Positions 1-10,749 of a DNA stretch of 64,000 nucleotides are shown here, in pieces. The notes under the pieces are model-generated. The model was not told where the DNA came from, searched no databases, and saw nothing but the letters and a program-made list of their open reading frames with translations. The DNA is from Azolla caroliniana (lineage: Eukaryota; Plantae; Polypodiophyta), in NCBI GenBank assembly GCA_043228905.1, contig JBHGNT010000002.1:13020001-13084000 (forward strand), in the 5' to 3' direction. Position 1 is the stretch's first letter. Each line of letters opens with the position of its first letter. The position numbers and the translations under genes were made by a program.

Positions 1-247
1 TATGACTTAGGGCAAACTTTTAGGTGTTGCTGTCATTCTTGTTGGTGCAAGGAGAGAGAGAGCGCATAGTAGTGTACACAGAGAGAGAGAGAGAGAGAAA
101 GAGGTCGTTGCCTCTGTTGTAACCGCCGCCTGTGGCGAAGATCGTGAGCACGAGGTCGTTGCCTCCGTGAACTCACTATTGTACATTCTAGCATAGTGAA
201 AGTTTGCAGCTTGTGGGTTGCCGTGGTTTTTCCCTTAGTTTGGGTTT
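1..247 (+). mobile_element. Ty1/copia-type LTR fragment, interrupted by element A; resumes at ~6015-6105
   Basis: Motif GTGGTTTTTCCC..GGGTTT|TCCACGT matches the copia LTRs at 7222-7252 and 22333-22361 once element A is removed. Confidence 0.7.
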
Positions 248-351
248 TGTTACCGGCCGGCAAGGAGTCCAAAATACGGAGTGAAGGAATTAATTAGATG
301 GTTGTAAATGAGCATAGTGTGGACGGACGGACTGGAAACGGTATGCCGTTC
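248..351 (+). repeat. 104-bp inverted copy of the first 104 bp (U3) of element A's LTR
   Basis: Reverse complement of 5906-6009. Confidence 0.95.
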
Positions 352-3300
352 TGTACGCCCATAGCGCGCTATGGAGCTTTGTATCCCAGTCCGTCCGGTT
401 TTCGTTGACGATTTTGCGGAGAATGTTCTGCAGAGTTTTGTTGGTGGACTCCGCTAATCCGTTCGCCTGTGGGTAGTACGGTGTGCTCCGTTTATGAACC
501 ACGGCATAGAACGTTGTTAAGCTTTTCACTACCTGGCCGAGGAAGTGCCCTCCTTGGTCACTGATTAGTTCAATCGGACATCCATATCGGCACCAAATGT
601 TCTCGTACAGGAATTTTGCTGTGGATGACGCGGTATTGTCTCTCAAGGCCTTAGCCTCCACCCATTTAGTGCAATAATCCGTTGCCACGATGACATAACG
701 GTTACCCGTTCTCATTGCCGGTGGCTTGAATGGTCCGACAAAATCCAACCCCCACTTCTGGAATGGCTCTAGTGGAAGTACCGGTTGGTGTGGCATCCGT
801 GCTTGCTCCGTAGGCTGGCCCATTCGTTGGCATAGGTCACATTCCTTAGCATACTTGACGGCGTCTTTTAACGTCGTGGGCCACCACAAGCCGCTCTGCC
901 ATACTTTCCTCGCCGTCGCTTCCCCGGCATAGTGTCCTCCGGCAACCCCACAGTGTGCTTCCCGTAAGATTACTTCTTTCTCGTCACTTCGGACTGCCCG
1001 TCTCCATATTCCATCTGCTCCCTTGTGGTAGAGAGTGTCCCGTAATAGACAGAAATTGCGGCTCTGCACCGCCAGTCGTTTCCTCTCGTCCCGGTTCATT
1101 TCCTCCGGTGGCAGGCCCGTGCTTAGGAACTGGTGCATGTTTGTCAGCCACCTATCTTCTGATGCCACCGTGTCGTCTGCTGCCGTTTCCGGGGTAATAC
1201 GGAATAACTCTGCGTCCGGAAATTCATCCGCTACTCCGTCGCCTGCTTCTCCGGACTCTAACCGACTCAAATAGTCCGCTACGGCATGCTGGATACCGGG
1301 CCGGTGGAAGATCTCGAATTCGAACTCCTGCAACAGCAAGGTCCAACGGGCCAACTTACCGGTTAGGGACGCCTTGGACACTAAGTACAGAAGCGCCGAG
1401 TGATCCACATGAAAGGAGAACTTCCTTCCCAATAGGTAGTGCCGAAACTTTGTGACACTGTAGATCATGCCCAGGGCCTCCCGTTCCGTCGTTGAATAGT
1501 TCTTCTCCGCTTGGGACAGCTTCCGGCTGGCGTAATATACCGGCCGGTACCATTTGGGCTCCGTAAGCTGCAATAAGGCGCTGCCAATAGCGATGTCGGA
1601 CGCGTCCACGAACACGTGAAATTCCTTGCTCCAATCCGGAGGCTGCACGACGGGTGCTTGCGATAAAAGTACCTTCAGGGCATTGTATGCCTTATCCTCC
1701 GTATCCGTCCATTGGAACGGTGTCCGATGTACCGCGGTGTGTAATGGTGTAGCCAAGTCCGCCAAGTGACGGAGCATCCGGCTGTGCCACCGAATCTGTC
1801 CTAAGAATCGGCTTAGTGCTTTGGCCGTTTTCGGCGCCGGTGCCCCTAGTATGGCGTTTACTTTGTCCGGGTCGACCGCAATGCCCTCCTTACTTACAAT
1901 GTGTCCCAGCAATATTCCACTTGAAACTCCAAAGATGCATTTTGCTGGGTTTAAGCTTAGCCGGTATAACCTACACTTTTCAAGGCATAACCGTAGGTGC
2001 TGCAAATGGTCTTTTCCCCGGCTATAGACTGCAAAATCATCCAGGAAAACTTGCATGAAGGCAGGAATGTATTCGCCGAAGATCTCCATGATGATTCGCT
2101 GGAAAGTTGCTGGTGCCGTTTTTAGGCCGAACATCATGACTTCGGCCACAAACACCCCCCATTCGGTTACGAACGCTGTCTTCTCTTGGTCGTCCGGGTG
2201 CATCCGAATTTGATTGTACCCGCTGAACCCGTCTAGAAAGCTATAAACTTCATGACCGGCGACGGCATCCAGTACTCCGTCCGTGAACGGAAGAGGGAAT
2301 GCATCCGTAATTGTGGCGGCATTTAGTTTCCTGTAATCTACACACACACGGATTTTACCGTTCTTCTTGGGAACGACGACGATGGGGCTCAGCCACGTCG
2401 CTTTCTTTACCGGCCGGATGAAGCCCACTCTTAGGAGTTTGTCGATTTCCTCCTTCACTTTGGCGGCGTAGTTGGGGTTCATTCGGTAACGTCGTTGCGC
2501 CACTGGTTTCGCGTCCTTGCCGAAGTGGATCTGATGCTGATATAATTGAGGGTCCAGCCCTCGCATGTCCTCGTATGACCAGGCGAATACGTCGCGAAAC
2601 TCCGTGAGAAGTTTGATCATCGCCGCTTTATCTTCCGACTTCATTTCTTTGGCGATGTGAACCGGCTTTGACTCGTCCTTGCTTCCTAGGTTCACTTCGT
2701 CGAGCTGGGATGTTTTTACCCGTTGGGAAACGGCCATTTCCCGTTCCAATGCTTCCTGTGCTTGCCGTAATTCCCGAATCGCATCTTTGTCTGGTTCGGC
2801 TTCGGTGTCGTCCCGCTGCGGCAAGTATGGCGCTACGGCTTCAGCTACGTCAATCTCGAAGAGTGGTACGATCTTCGGGTGTTCCTCCAAGTACTGGGCT
2901 TCTTCGTCGTCTGCCAATCCTTCAAGCATGTTCACACATTCCGCATACAGCGGTGTGCATTCCTTACCATTGCTTGTCCGTGGTTGTGTCGGAACCCGGA
3001 CCTTGGCTTTTCCGCGCCGGAAGGTAATCATATTTTTCCGCCAATTTTGCTTGATGTGTGCTGTTTTCAACCATGGTCTGCCCAGGAGCAGTGGGTACGC
3101 GCCTTGCGCCTGTAGCTGCAGCACTACCGCCGAGATGTGAAATGTGTGGCCTCCTATGGTGACTTCCAATTTCCGTATTAAGCCCGTCGGCCGTACCGAG
3201 CTCGTATCCGCCATCCGTAGCCAGAACGGGCATGGCTCCCATTCATGTATACCCAAGGCATCACACGTACGGAGGCTTATTACGTTCACCCCGGAACCTC

Positions 3301-5539
3301 CATCGATTACTGTGCCGGGAAGTTCGTGCCCTTTGACAATAGCTGTAATCACCGGACTGCTAGTGTCCACTACCGTCGGTCCCTCCTCCGGGTTCGAGAA
3401 GAGGACTGGTGCCGGTGGGGCTATGCCGTCTGTCATGCCCGTTTTTAGCCCTTCCGTAAATCGCGGCACGAGCTGCAAGAGTCTTCCTAACGGCAACGTG
3501 ATCTGACATTCTTGCAGTGCTTGCCATGTCTCGTTTTCTGGGTGGCTACCGCCGGCACTCCCTATGGTATTTGCCTTTTGCCGTTCCGCGTCCGCGACGT
3601 TCTTTTCATTGGCTTCCTTCACCCATTCCGTCGCCTGCTTTCGTATGGCCTCTTGTGTTTCCCACTCTTTGGCTATGCCTTTCGACCGTGTGGTTACTTG
3701 CTGTAAATCCGCCACTTCCGGAACCACCATATTAACTGCTGGTCGTTTTTCGTAGCTCTTTACCGGGCACTGGTTACTGTAGTGGCCTTCCTGCCTGCAG
3801 TAGTAGCAGTACTCTTTACGGGTATTGCTGGATTCAGCATTGCTGGTAGCCGGAGTCGGTCCCGTAGCGAGTGGTGCGTTCTGTGCCGGTTGGCTCCTTG
3901 GGGTTCCATGTTCCGGGTCCCTACGGTGACCACCTTTCTTGAAATTACGTTTCTTATTATTCTTATTTTTATTTCGGTAGTCCGGTCGTGCTGGATCGTA
4001 AAATCGGCCATAGTCCTCCTGGTGCCTTCGGTAACCAGGGGAATGGTCTCTGTCGTATTGCTCGTGTCGTCTGTTGGGCTCCGGATAACGGTCCGATCGA
4101 TCATACCGGTCGTAGTTATCACGCCGATTCCCGTATCGGCCATCATTATCTTGCCTGTCTCCGTACCGGACATCCTGTGCCGGTCGGTACCGGTCCATTT
4201 TTTGCCAACGATCTTCATCTTCGTCTTGGCTGCTTCTTGGCTCGATCCGTCGGACGGGTGGTGCTTGTCGGTTTAACAGGTTGTACTCGCACCGGTCCGT
4301 TGTATGACTCTTGGATTGACAAATCACACACTGAGTGCGCATGGTGCACTCCACTGCCGAGTGTCCGGCATTCAAGCAGATTGTGCATTGAATTGCCTGC
4401 CGGAACCGGAGATCTTCCTCGGTGGGTAACGCCCGTTGCAGTGTTCCCAGCGTAAGCCATGAGCTTGTCTTTTCCATTTCTCTGACCCGGTCAATGACCT
4501 GATCGATGGTGCATCCTCGAAAGTCGATCACCGTACACACCGTGCGTAACGGTTCCCGGAGTGCGTTTAAAAATATCGTCCGTAATTCCTCCTCCGGGGG
4601 TGCACGGGCAAGCTGGCTATGCATCCGTTGGAAACGGATGACGAATTGGGGAATGCTTTCCCCTGCCTCCTGCCGGATCGTATAAAACAGGCCCACCATT
4701 GTCGTCTGGTCGACCTCCTTGTGGAAAAAATGCAAGAATTTTGCTTTTAATTCTGCGAATGTTGTGATGGTCGCCGGGTCCTGCGACCGCCGCCATCGTG
4801 TCGCTGGTCCCTCCAACGTGACTCCGAATTCCGCTATCTTCGAGCGTTCTTCTTCCTCCGGTGTCATTCGCTGGGACGTGTGATTTGCTTCCCATGTCTG
4901 CTCGAAGTCATCCACATGCGCTTCCGCATCCGGATCATCGCGGTACTTTGAGTATTGGAACGGCATGTCGTCGTCCAGTATTAAGCCGCGGTTTAGTGGC
5001 GTTTGTTGATATTTTTCCGGTTCTTTTTCCGGCTCTTTTTCCGGTCCCTTTGCCGGCTCTTTCGTTGGTGTTGGTGGCTTTGCTTCTTCCACTTCCGGTA
5101 TTGGTGGGTTGACGGCTTCCGTTTGTGGTTCCGGATAGCCCTGGTTGCGCGGTTCCGGTTCTGGAGTCGGCACGGTATCCGACCCGTCGTCTTCCGGGCC
5201 GCCGGGGGTATCGTTGCTGCTCCGGTAGTTCGTGTGCACGCTGTATCCCCCTTCGGAATCCGATTCGTAGGCTGAAAAGGCTTCTGCCTCGTTTTCTCCG
5301 CTTGCCAGCGCCTCCAGGAGTCGTTCGGTTTCCCGGAGACTACTTAGACTGCTTCCGTCGTCCTGGTCGCGAGTTTGCCGTAACCGGAGAGATTCCTCCG
5401 CGACTCTCCGGATCTCGTTGGAGAACAAACGATCCGAGCGAATTTCCTGCGCTGCTTGCTGGAAAGTCTCACGCCGTCTTTGCCGTTCGGCGAGGCGTCG
5501 AGCTCGGTCTGTACCCAAGTCGTGCGTTGGTCTAGTCAT
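290..5539 (-). CDS. Gag-Pol polyprotein (gag, CCHC knuckles, protease, RT, RNase H, integrase truncated after WAYRTAY)
   Basis: Uninterrupted 1749-aa ORF: CYYCRQEGHYSNQC, VIDGGSG, VFLDD, VDASD..EREAL..VDH, HHCC and DDE motifs; the last ~16 aa are read from the inverted LTR. Confidence 0.93.
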   Translation of the reverse strand: MTRPTHDLGTDRARRLAERQRRRETFQQAAQEIRSDRLFSNEIRRVAEESLRLRQTRDQDDGSSLSSLRETERLLEALASGENEAEAFSAYESDSEGGYSVHTNYRSSNDTPGGPEDDGSDTVPTPEPEPRNQGYPEPQTEAVNPPIPEVEEAKPPTPTKEPAKGPEKEPEKEPEKYQQTPLNRGLILDDDMPFQYSKYRDDPDAEAHVDDFEQTWEANHTSQRMTPEEEERSKIAEFGVTLEGPATRWRRSQDPATITTFAELKAKFLHFFHKEVDQTTMVGLFYTIRQEAGESIPQFVIRFQRMHSQLARAPPEEELRTIFLNALREPLRTVCTVIDFRGCTIDQVIDRVREMEKTSSWLTLGTLQRALPTEEDLRFRQAIQCTICLNAGHSAVECTMRTQCVICQSKSHTTDRCEYNLLNRQAPPVRRIEPRSSQDEDEDRWQKMDRYRPAQDVRYGDRQDNDGRYGNRRDNYDRYDRSDRYPEPNRRHEQYDRDHSPGYRRHQEDYGRFYDPARPDYRNKNKNNKKRNFKKGGHRRDPEHGTPRSQPAQNAPLATGPTPATSNAESSNTRKEYCYYCRQEGHYSNQCPVKSYEKRPAVNMVVPEVADLQQVTTRSKGIAKEWETQEAIRKQATEWVKEANEKNVADAERQKANTIGSAGGSHPENETWQALQECQITLPLGRLLQLVPRFTEGLKTGMTDGIAPPAPVLFSNPEEGPTVVDTSSPVITAIVKGHELPGTVIDGGSGVNVISLRTCDALGIHEWEPCPFWLRMADTSSVRPTGLIRKLEVTIGGHTFHISAVVLQLQAQGAYPLLLGRPWLKTAHIKQNWRKNMITFRRGKAKVRVPTQPRTSNGKECTPLYAECVNMLEGLADDEEAQYLEEHPKIVPLFEIDVAEAVAPYLPQRDDTEAEPDKDAIRELRQAQEALEREMAVSQRVKTSQLDEVNLGSKDESKPVHIAKEMKSEDKAAMIKLLTEFRDVFAWSYEDMRGLDPQLYQHQIHFGKDAKPVAQRRYRMNPNYAAKVKEEIDKLLRVGFIRPVKKATWLSPIVVVPKKNGKIRVCVDYRKLNAATITDAFPLPFTDGVLDAVAGHEVYSFLDGFSGYNQIRMHPDDQEKTAFVTEWGVFVAEVMMFGLKTAPATFQRIIMEIFGEYIPAFMQVFLDDFAVYSRGKDHLQHLRLCLEKCRLYRLSLNPAKCIFGVSSGILLGHIVSKEGIAVDPDKVNAILGAPAPKTAKALSRFLGQIRWHSRMLRHLADLATPLHTAVHRTPFQWTDTEDKAYNALKVLLSQAPVVQPPDWSKEFHVFVDASDIAIGSALLQLTEPKWYRPVYYASRKLSQAEKNYSTTEREALGMIYSVTKFRHYLLGRKFSFHVDHSALLYLVSKASLTGKLARWTLLLQEFEFEIFHRPGIQHAVADYLSRLESGEAGDGVADEFPDAELFRITPETAADDTVASEDRWLTNMHQFLSTGLPPEEMNRDERKRLAVQSRNFCLLRDTLYHKGADGIWRRAVRSDEKEVILREAHCGVAGGHYAGEATARKVWQSGLWWPTTLKDAVKYAKECDLCQRMGQPTEQARMPHQPVLPLEPFQKWGLDFVGPFKPPAMRTGNRYVIVATDYCTKWVEAKALRDNTASSTAKFLYENIWCRYGCPIELISDQGGHFLGQVVKSLTTFYAVVHKRSTPYYPQANGLAESTNKTLQNILRKIVNENRTDWDTKLHSALWAYRTAYRFQSVRPHYAHLQPSN

Positions 5540-5573
5540 CCATTACCGTCATTCGCTGCGAGAAAGCAGGAAT

Positions 5574-5584
5574 CGTGGTCGCCA
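5574..5584 (-). promoter_or_regulatory. PBS of element A (TGGCGACCACG; tRNA-Arg(UCG)-like)
   Basis: TGG-starting motif 6 nt inside the LTR; same motif in D (33359) and E (47760). Confidence 0.75.
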
Positions 5585-5590
5585 AAACTG

Positions 5591-6009
5591 TGTTATTCTC
5601 TTAGCCGGACAAGGCCTAACACAAGGTGTCACGGAAACACTTCACCAAAGGGGTGATTACGGCATAGGATTAATATTCAACGATTACACCGACTTACATA
5701 GGTTACACGATTAGAATGCTTCGGTTGATTACACGCGTAAGATATAACAGTAATTACAGAACGGAAATCAAGACAGAAGTACAAACATCATAAGCTCTAT
5801 TAATTATCCGCTGTCATTACAATGGGGTCCGGGCCTTTAAATAGGTTTCCGGCCCGTAGTACAAAACGGTGCCTCTCGCACCTATTCGGGATCCGTCCGG
5901 ATCTGGAACGGCATACCGTTTCCAGTCCGTCCGTCCACACTATGCTCATTTACAACCATCTAATTAATTCCTTCACTCCGTATTTTGGACTCCTTGCCGG
6001 CCGGTAACA
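5591..6009 (-). repeat. 5' LTR of element A
   Basis: TGTTA...TAACA; similar to the LTRs of B and E. Confidence 0.85.
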
Positions 6010-6139
6010 GGTTTTCCACGTAAACATCTTGTGTACTCTTCTCTTCTTCGTGTCGTGCATTCTTTCACCTTTTTTCTATGTATGATTCTAAGCTCGGTTG
6101 TGGTTGAGCGTTGTGCGAAGGGAGCGTGAGTTCCTGTCA

Positions 6140-6666
6140 AAAGGGCACCTCAGGGGGGTGCCTAAGGTATGGTGTCGGAAAACTTGTGCTGGAAGGTTTT
6201 ACCGATTTAGACATGTCAGGAGATGTCGACTCAAGCCGATCCACGTCAGGGTACGTGATGTCCTATGCAGGGGGAGCAATGTCGTGGCAGTCACGATTGC
6301 AGAAGTCTGTAGCCTTGTCGACTACAGAGGTAGAGTATATGGCAGTGGTAGAAGCCGGAAAAGAGCTGATCTGGATGAGAAATTTTCTCACCGAATTAGG
6401 CATGAAGAAAAAAGGAGTTCTTGCTTCATTGTGACAGCCAAAGCGCCATACACCTAGCCAAGAATGCGGCATACCACTCCCAGACCAAGCACATAAAGAG
6501 AAGGTATCACTGGTTGTGGGAGAGAGTTGAAGAAGGAGAATTTTCCCTTGTGAAGATCCATACTGACGACAATGGATCCGACATGCTGACGAAGAACCTA
6601 CCTTTGGACAGACTCAGAGTCCGTCGACAAAATACAGGACTGACAGATTTCCTCCCACAAGAGTGA
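6140..6666 (+). pseudogene. Copia RNase H fragment (frameshifted)
   Basis: GFTD.DMSGD..STSGY, SWQSRLQKSVALSTTEVEY, CDSQSAIHLAKN..TKHI. Confidence 0.9.
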
Positions 6667-6676
6667 AGGGGGAGTT

Positions 6677-7369
6677 TGTTGGGAATAGGTCCCTCTAGTG
6701 GGAGCAAGAACAGACTGATCAGAAAGCCAACAGTCGATGACAGGGAAGATACGACTGTTCGGAAAGCCGACAGTCGAAGAGTCGAAAATAGTGAGTCGAC
6801 TGTTTGAAGATTCAACTATTATTATTATAATAATAATAATAATGATGATGTGTGGAAACAAGTCCCTCTAGATGGGAAAGAGAGGAGCCGAGTTGATGAG
6901 TGAATAGTGTAAATAGCCAACTCGGGTGACTATACTTGTAAATAGTCTAAGTGTGCGCCCCATGAAGGCTACGTATGTAAATAGCCAGAAAGTTGTGTAA
7001 GTATATATACAACTAGGGAAAACTTTATGCGAGTTAGTGTGTAAGAACAGTGTAAGAGAACAAGCGAGAGTGAGAGAGAGCGTGAGAAGTGTGAGCCGCG
7101 CCATAGCTGTGTGAGTAATAGTAGACACGAAGAGCCATGTGCGGCTGATACACTCGACAGACTATTGTAACCTTCTCGCCGTTGTATATCCACTTTGTAT
7201 AGTGAAGAAATTTGTTCACCCGTGGTTTTTCCCCGTTTTAGGGTTTCCACGTAAATCTCTGTGCACTGTTGTGTGTCTTGTTTTTCTTGGCATTTCTGTG
7301 ATTCGTATTTCAACGTGTAGTTCGTTTATTGTGATTTATATTCCGCAATGATTTTTCAACACAACAACA
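6677..7369 (+). repeat. Copia 3' LTR preceded by PPT GAGTGAAGGGGGAG (6661-6674)
   Basis: PPT followed by TGTTGGG...CAACA; contains an ATT/AAT microsatellite at ~6817-6850. Confidence 0.8.
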
Positions 7370-7625
7370 CTCTATTAATTATCTGCTTCTGATTACAATC
7401 TAACCGGGCCCTTTTATAGGTCTCCGGCTTAGGTACAAACCGGTGCCAACCGGCAACCGATAATAGGCAATGAATCGATCCGGATCCGGATCGGCATACC
7501 GATTCCGAGTCCATCCGTTTGCTTCTCCCAAAATCATAATAATTCTATATTATAACTAATCAGCTCCCGGTTATAAATTATCCCCCCTTTTCCCATTCTG
7601 GACTTCCCTTGCCGGCCGGGTAACA

Positions 7626-7656
7626 CATGGCACGCCCGTGGGATAGTACCTTGTAC
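7626..7656 (-). promoter_or_regulatory. Hairpin plus tRNA-3'-end-like motif at the PPT position of B
   Basis: GTAC-AAG-GTAC-TA-TCCCACGGGCGTGCCA-TG|LTR. Confidence 0.8.
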
Positions 7657-7674
7657 GTCCAAATGATCCGGCCT

Positions 7675-10350
7675 TCATTCATCCTCTAGAATGTCCAGAA
7701 TGCTTTGATCTAAGGGTTCTAATGGTTCCTCGGGAAGTTGTTCTGTCATCTACTGTTGTTGTTGTTCCTCCTCTTGTTGTTCCTGCGGCTGTGGCTGCTC
7801 TTCTTGCCGCTCCGACTCCAGATGTGGTTGTTGTTGGTTAACCTCCATTGCCTGCGGGTCCATTGGTCTAGCCAACTCTGTCTCCATTTCCGGCTCGATT
7901 AGTTTTACCAGCTCTTCCTCCTTATCCGGCTCTACCGGTCTTGGCGTCTCCTGGTTCTGCTGTCCGGCGTGCACTGGTTCCTGCGGATGACCTTCCTTTA
8001 GCGGCTCCTCCTAAGTATTATCTGGTTGGCTTCCCCCGGCTTTAACCGGCACTTGTTCTGAGATGGCTCCTTGTCACTAATGCTAATCACCGTAGTTTTC
8101 TTGGCCATTTCTTGCCGTCCCCGTTCCCGTTTGTACTTGGACGGCAAGAAATGGGAACGGTAAGAGTTGGTTGTCCAATTAGTCATCATCCAGTTGTGCC
8201 ACCAATTGGCGTACCGCCACCCTCTGCTCATCAGCCAAGGATATGAAATCATCCGACAGTTCATCTTTTATTGCTTCAATGCTTTCTTTATCTAGGATGT
8301 AAACTTCGTCGCCCTCTTTCCGTTGGTTTTCTACGTCTGCCCACAGCAACTGTAGCTCTACTGCTTGCTGAGCCCACTTCGACCACCACTGTACTGAGCT
8401 TTCTTCCACTAATTGCTTCGTTCGATTCCTCCATGCCAATACGATGTCCCGGATCCGCCCCATCACCATCTTCGACTTGTTTTCCACGGCCTGTTTTTCG
8501 TCCTTCAATTGTTTGATCAGGCTTGCGGTTGCCAGTTCTTGGTTTCTGTAGTGCATGAGTTCGGTCTGATATGTCGTCTGAACTCTATTCAGAGTCATTG
8601 TAGCGCGCTCCGTTTCCGCATGGTGCTGCACTTGCAAGTCCAGTCACTCTTTTGCTGCTGCCGCAAGTTGTTTCGCTACTTCGGCTCCCTTAGACAACTC
8701 TTCCATCAATGCTGCCATCAACCGGTTAATTTCCTCCCAAAGTTCCCTGCACTTTTCCTGCAGCCGGTCACTTTCGGTAGTCAATTTTTTATGATCAGCA
8801 TCCAAATGCTTATAATCCCGGTGTAGTCGGTTAAAGTCGTCGGTTTTCTGTTTCAGCTTTTGATTGATAAGCCGGCAAGCGCAGTCCTCACGGTCTTTTT
8901 GTTGCCGGAGCTCTTCTTTGAGGCGCTCAATCTCCACTTCCGCCATCCTCTGGAGTTTCTCTTTTTCTTGCAAGAGTTTTTCTTTCCCTTCTTTTAGCCG
9001 GTCATATGCTTGATGACCTCTTCTCAAGCTTTCCTCTATTCGGCGGAGGCTGTCGACCGTTCTCCTTTGTTCCTCCTCCGTCGCTTTTTTCAATTCTCGT
9101 TCCCTGGCTCGTAAGGCTTCTTGTGCTGCTAGGTCTTCCCTTAATGTGGCGAGCTCCTATGCTGACGATTTCTGAGTATCCGGGCCTGCCGCCGTCATCG
9201 GGGTTTGATCGTTCTATAGAGTTACTAGGGCCACCGGTTCCGATTGCTGTGGTCCTTCTATGACCAACTTGGCCATTTCTATTTTGGCCCTCTCTATGTC
9301 TTTCCTCCATGCTTTGGATTCTTGACCGGGCCTTCTCTAATTCCTCGATTGTGGCTAGCAACCGGTCTTCATGCGCTTTCTCTTCCACGTGCGTCTAACC
9401 GGCAGACGACCCCAGTCACTTGTTCTGCTACCCATCGAAACCATTGACTGCCGGTACCTTGTTGTCGTGCCAGTTCTGGTCGGGGGATGTTGTTTTCATT
9501 GGTCACGAGCCTACTATTGACGGTTATGTCAAGCGGCTACTCCAGTTCTGGTTGTTGTTGCTGCGGCGGTGACGCCAGCAATTCAATGACCAGTTCTTGA
9601 TCCACCGGTACTGCCGTGTCCTGGACCGCTAGTTCCGTGATGTCCTACCGCAGCACTTGCTCCGTCCCCGATTCTTGTTGAGCCAATTCTGCCGCCTTTC
9701 TAGGTTGCGGCTTCTCAGGGAGGGGTTCCCGAATACTGTCCTTTGTTAGCCTTGATGTCCCCCTTCGTGGCCCTTTCTACTTGTCTGGCGATGCCGTAGC
9801 AACTTCTCAGTCGGCTCGTCTTCCTGTTGTTCTTCTTCCAGGGTCTTGTTGATTAACAATGCCAAGGGGTCCTGCCCCTGCGTTTTCTCCAATTTGTGTT
9901 CCGACAGGCGCAACTTGATTTTCAACGGTCTCCCCGAGGTGTCCACCGATGCCTCCTTCTCTACCAACCGCTTCCGATTAGGCCGTTCCTTCGCCTAGGT
10001 AGCCAGGAGTTGCTGCCGTTTTGAAGCTGTTTTGGGGGTCGAGTCTGTCGGTCTTCCCCTCTTCCCCTCTTTCTTTGTTTCGTGGACTCCATCAGCGGTG
10101 CTATCAAAGTGAGTCATTGCGCCACTGCTGTCCGCATCTTTTTGCCATCTTTTATTGAGACGATGGCAGCGCTCAGACTGTTGGCAATCATTACCGGCCA
10201 ATCCACCTGTACTCCCTCGTAGGTGGCTATGATCAAACCGGCTCTATTCCTGGGCATCGCCGGTGATCGGGGGTATACATAGCCATACTCGTGGAGTACC
10301 CGAGCAATTTCCCGAAACAAGAGGTCTTCACCGCCTTGTGTGCGGTACGC
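7675..10350 (-). pseudogene. Degenerate extra 3' ORF of element B
   Basis: EIARVLHEYGYVYP..YEGVQVDWP; coiled coil; ends QSILDILEDE*. Confidence 0.85.
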
Positions 10351-10749
10351 CTTTTACCCCGTCCTCTCCCCAATTGCTAAGAATACCCTCGTACTTATAG
10401 GTTTTTAGTTGCATTATTCTTGCTTTTTCTTTTCTTTTCTTTTACATATCCTCGAGTTTGTTTGGTGCGTTTTTCATATCATTATTTCTGGTTTGTCATA
10501 CAAGAAAGCTCTCTTTGTCAGCTTTCTTACGAATATTTTCTTTTGAAATTTGGATAAGAGATGAAGAAGTTATGAGCTTTTTTCTCTACCTTGCTTTTTC
10601 TCCTTAATTTCCTGCGTTTTTCTTCTTTTTCTACTTTTGAAAAACGCCTCTAACTTTAGTTCTCTTCAATTTCATTTATCTTTTAACTCTTGGACCTTTC
10701 ATATTGTGCTTTATTCTTCTATACCTTTGCATCCAATGTATTTGTCACG

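Larger units (their letters stand above)
248..6009 (-). mobile_element. Ty3/gypsy non-chromovirus element A, 3'-truncated, with inverted LTR ends
   Basis: TG...CA ends; TSD GGTTT at 243-247 and 6010-6014; LTR, PBS and gag-pol present. Confidence 0.92.
7370..10352 (-). mobile_element. Gypsy element B, 3' part only (extra 3' ORF plus truncated 3' LTR 7370-7625)
   Basis: LTR start TGTTACCCGGCCGG as in E; 3' ORF homologous to those of C, D and E. Confidence 0.85.

Noticed and set aside
726-5714. Many 60-270-aa antisense or alternate-frame ORFs over gag-pol, here and in C, D, E and F
   Set aside because: Shadow ORFs of GC-rich coding sequence; no motifs and not conserved between copies
248-6009. 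DNA transposon or DIRS element because of the terminal inverted repeats
   Set aside because: The repeat is LTR U3 sequence; the element has a DDE integrase and no transposase or tyrosine recombinase
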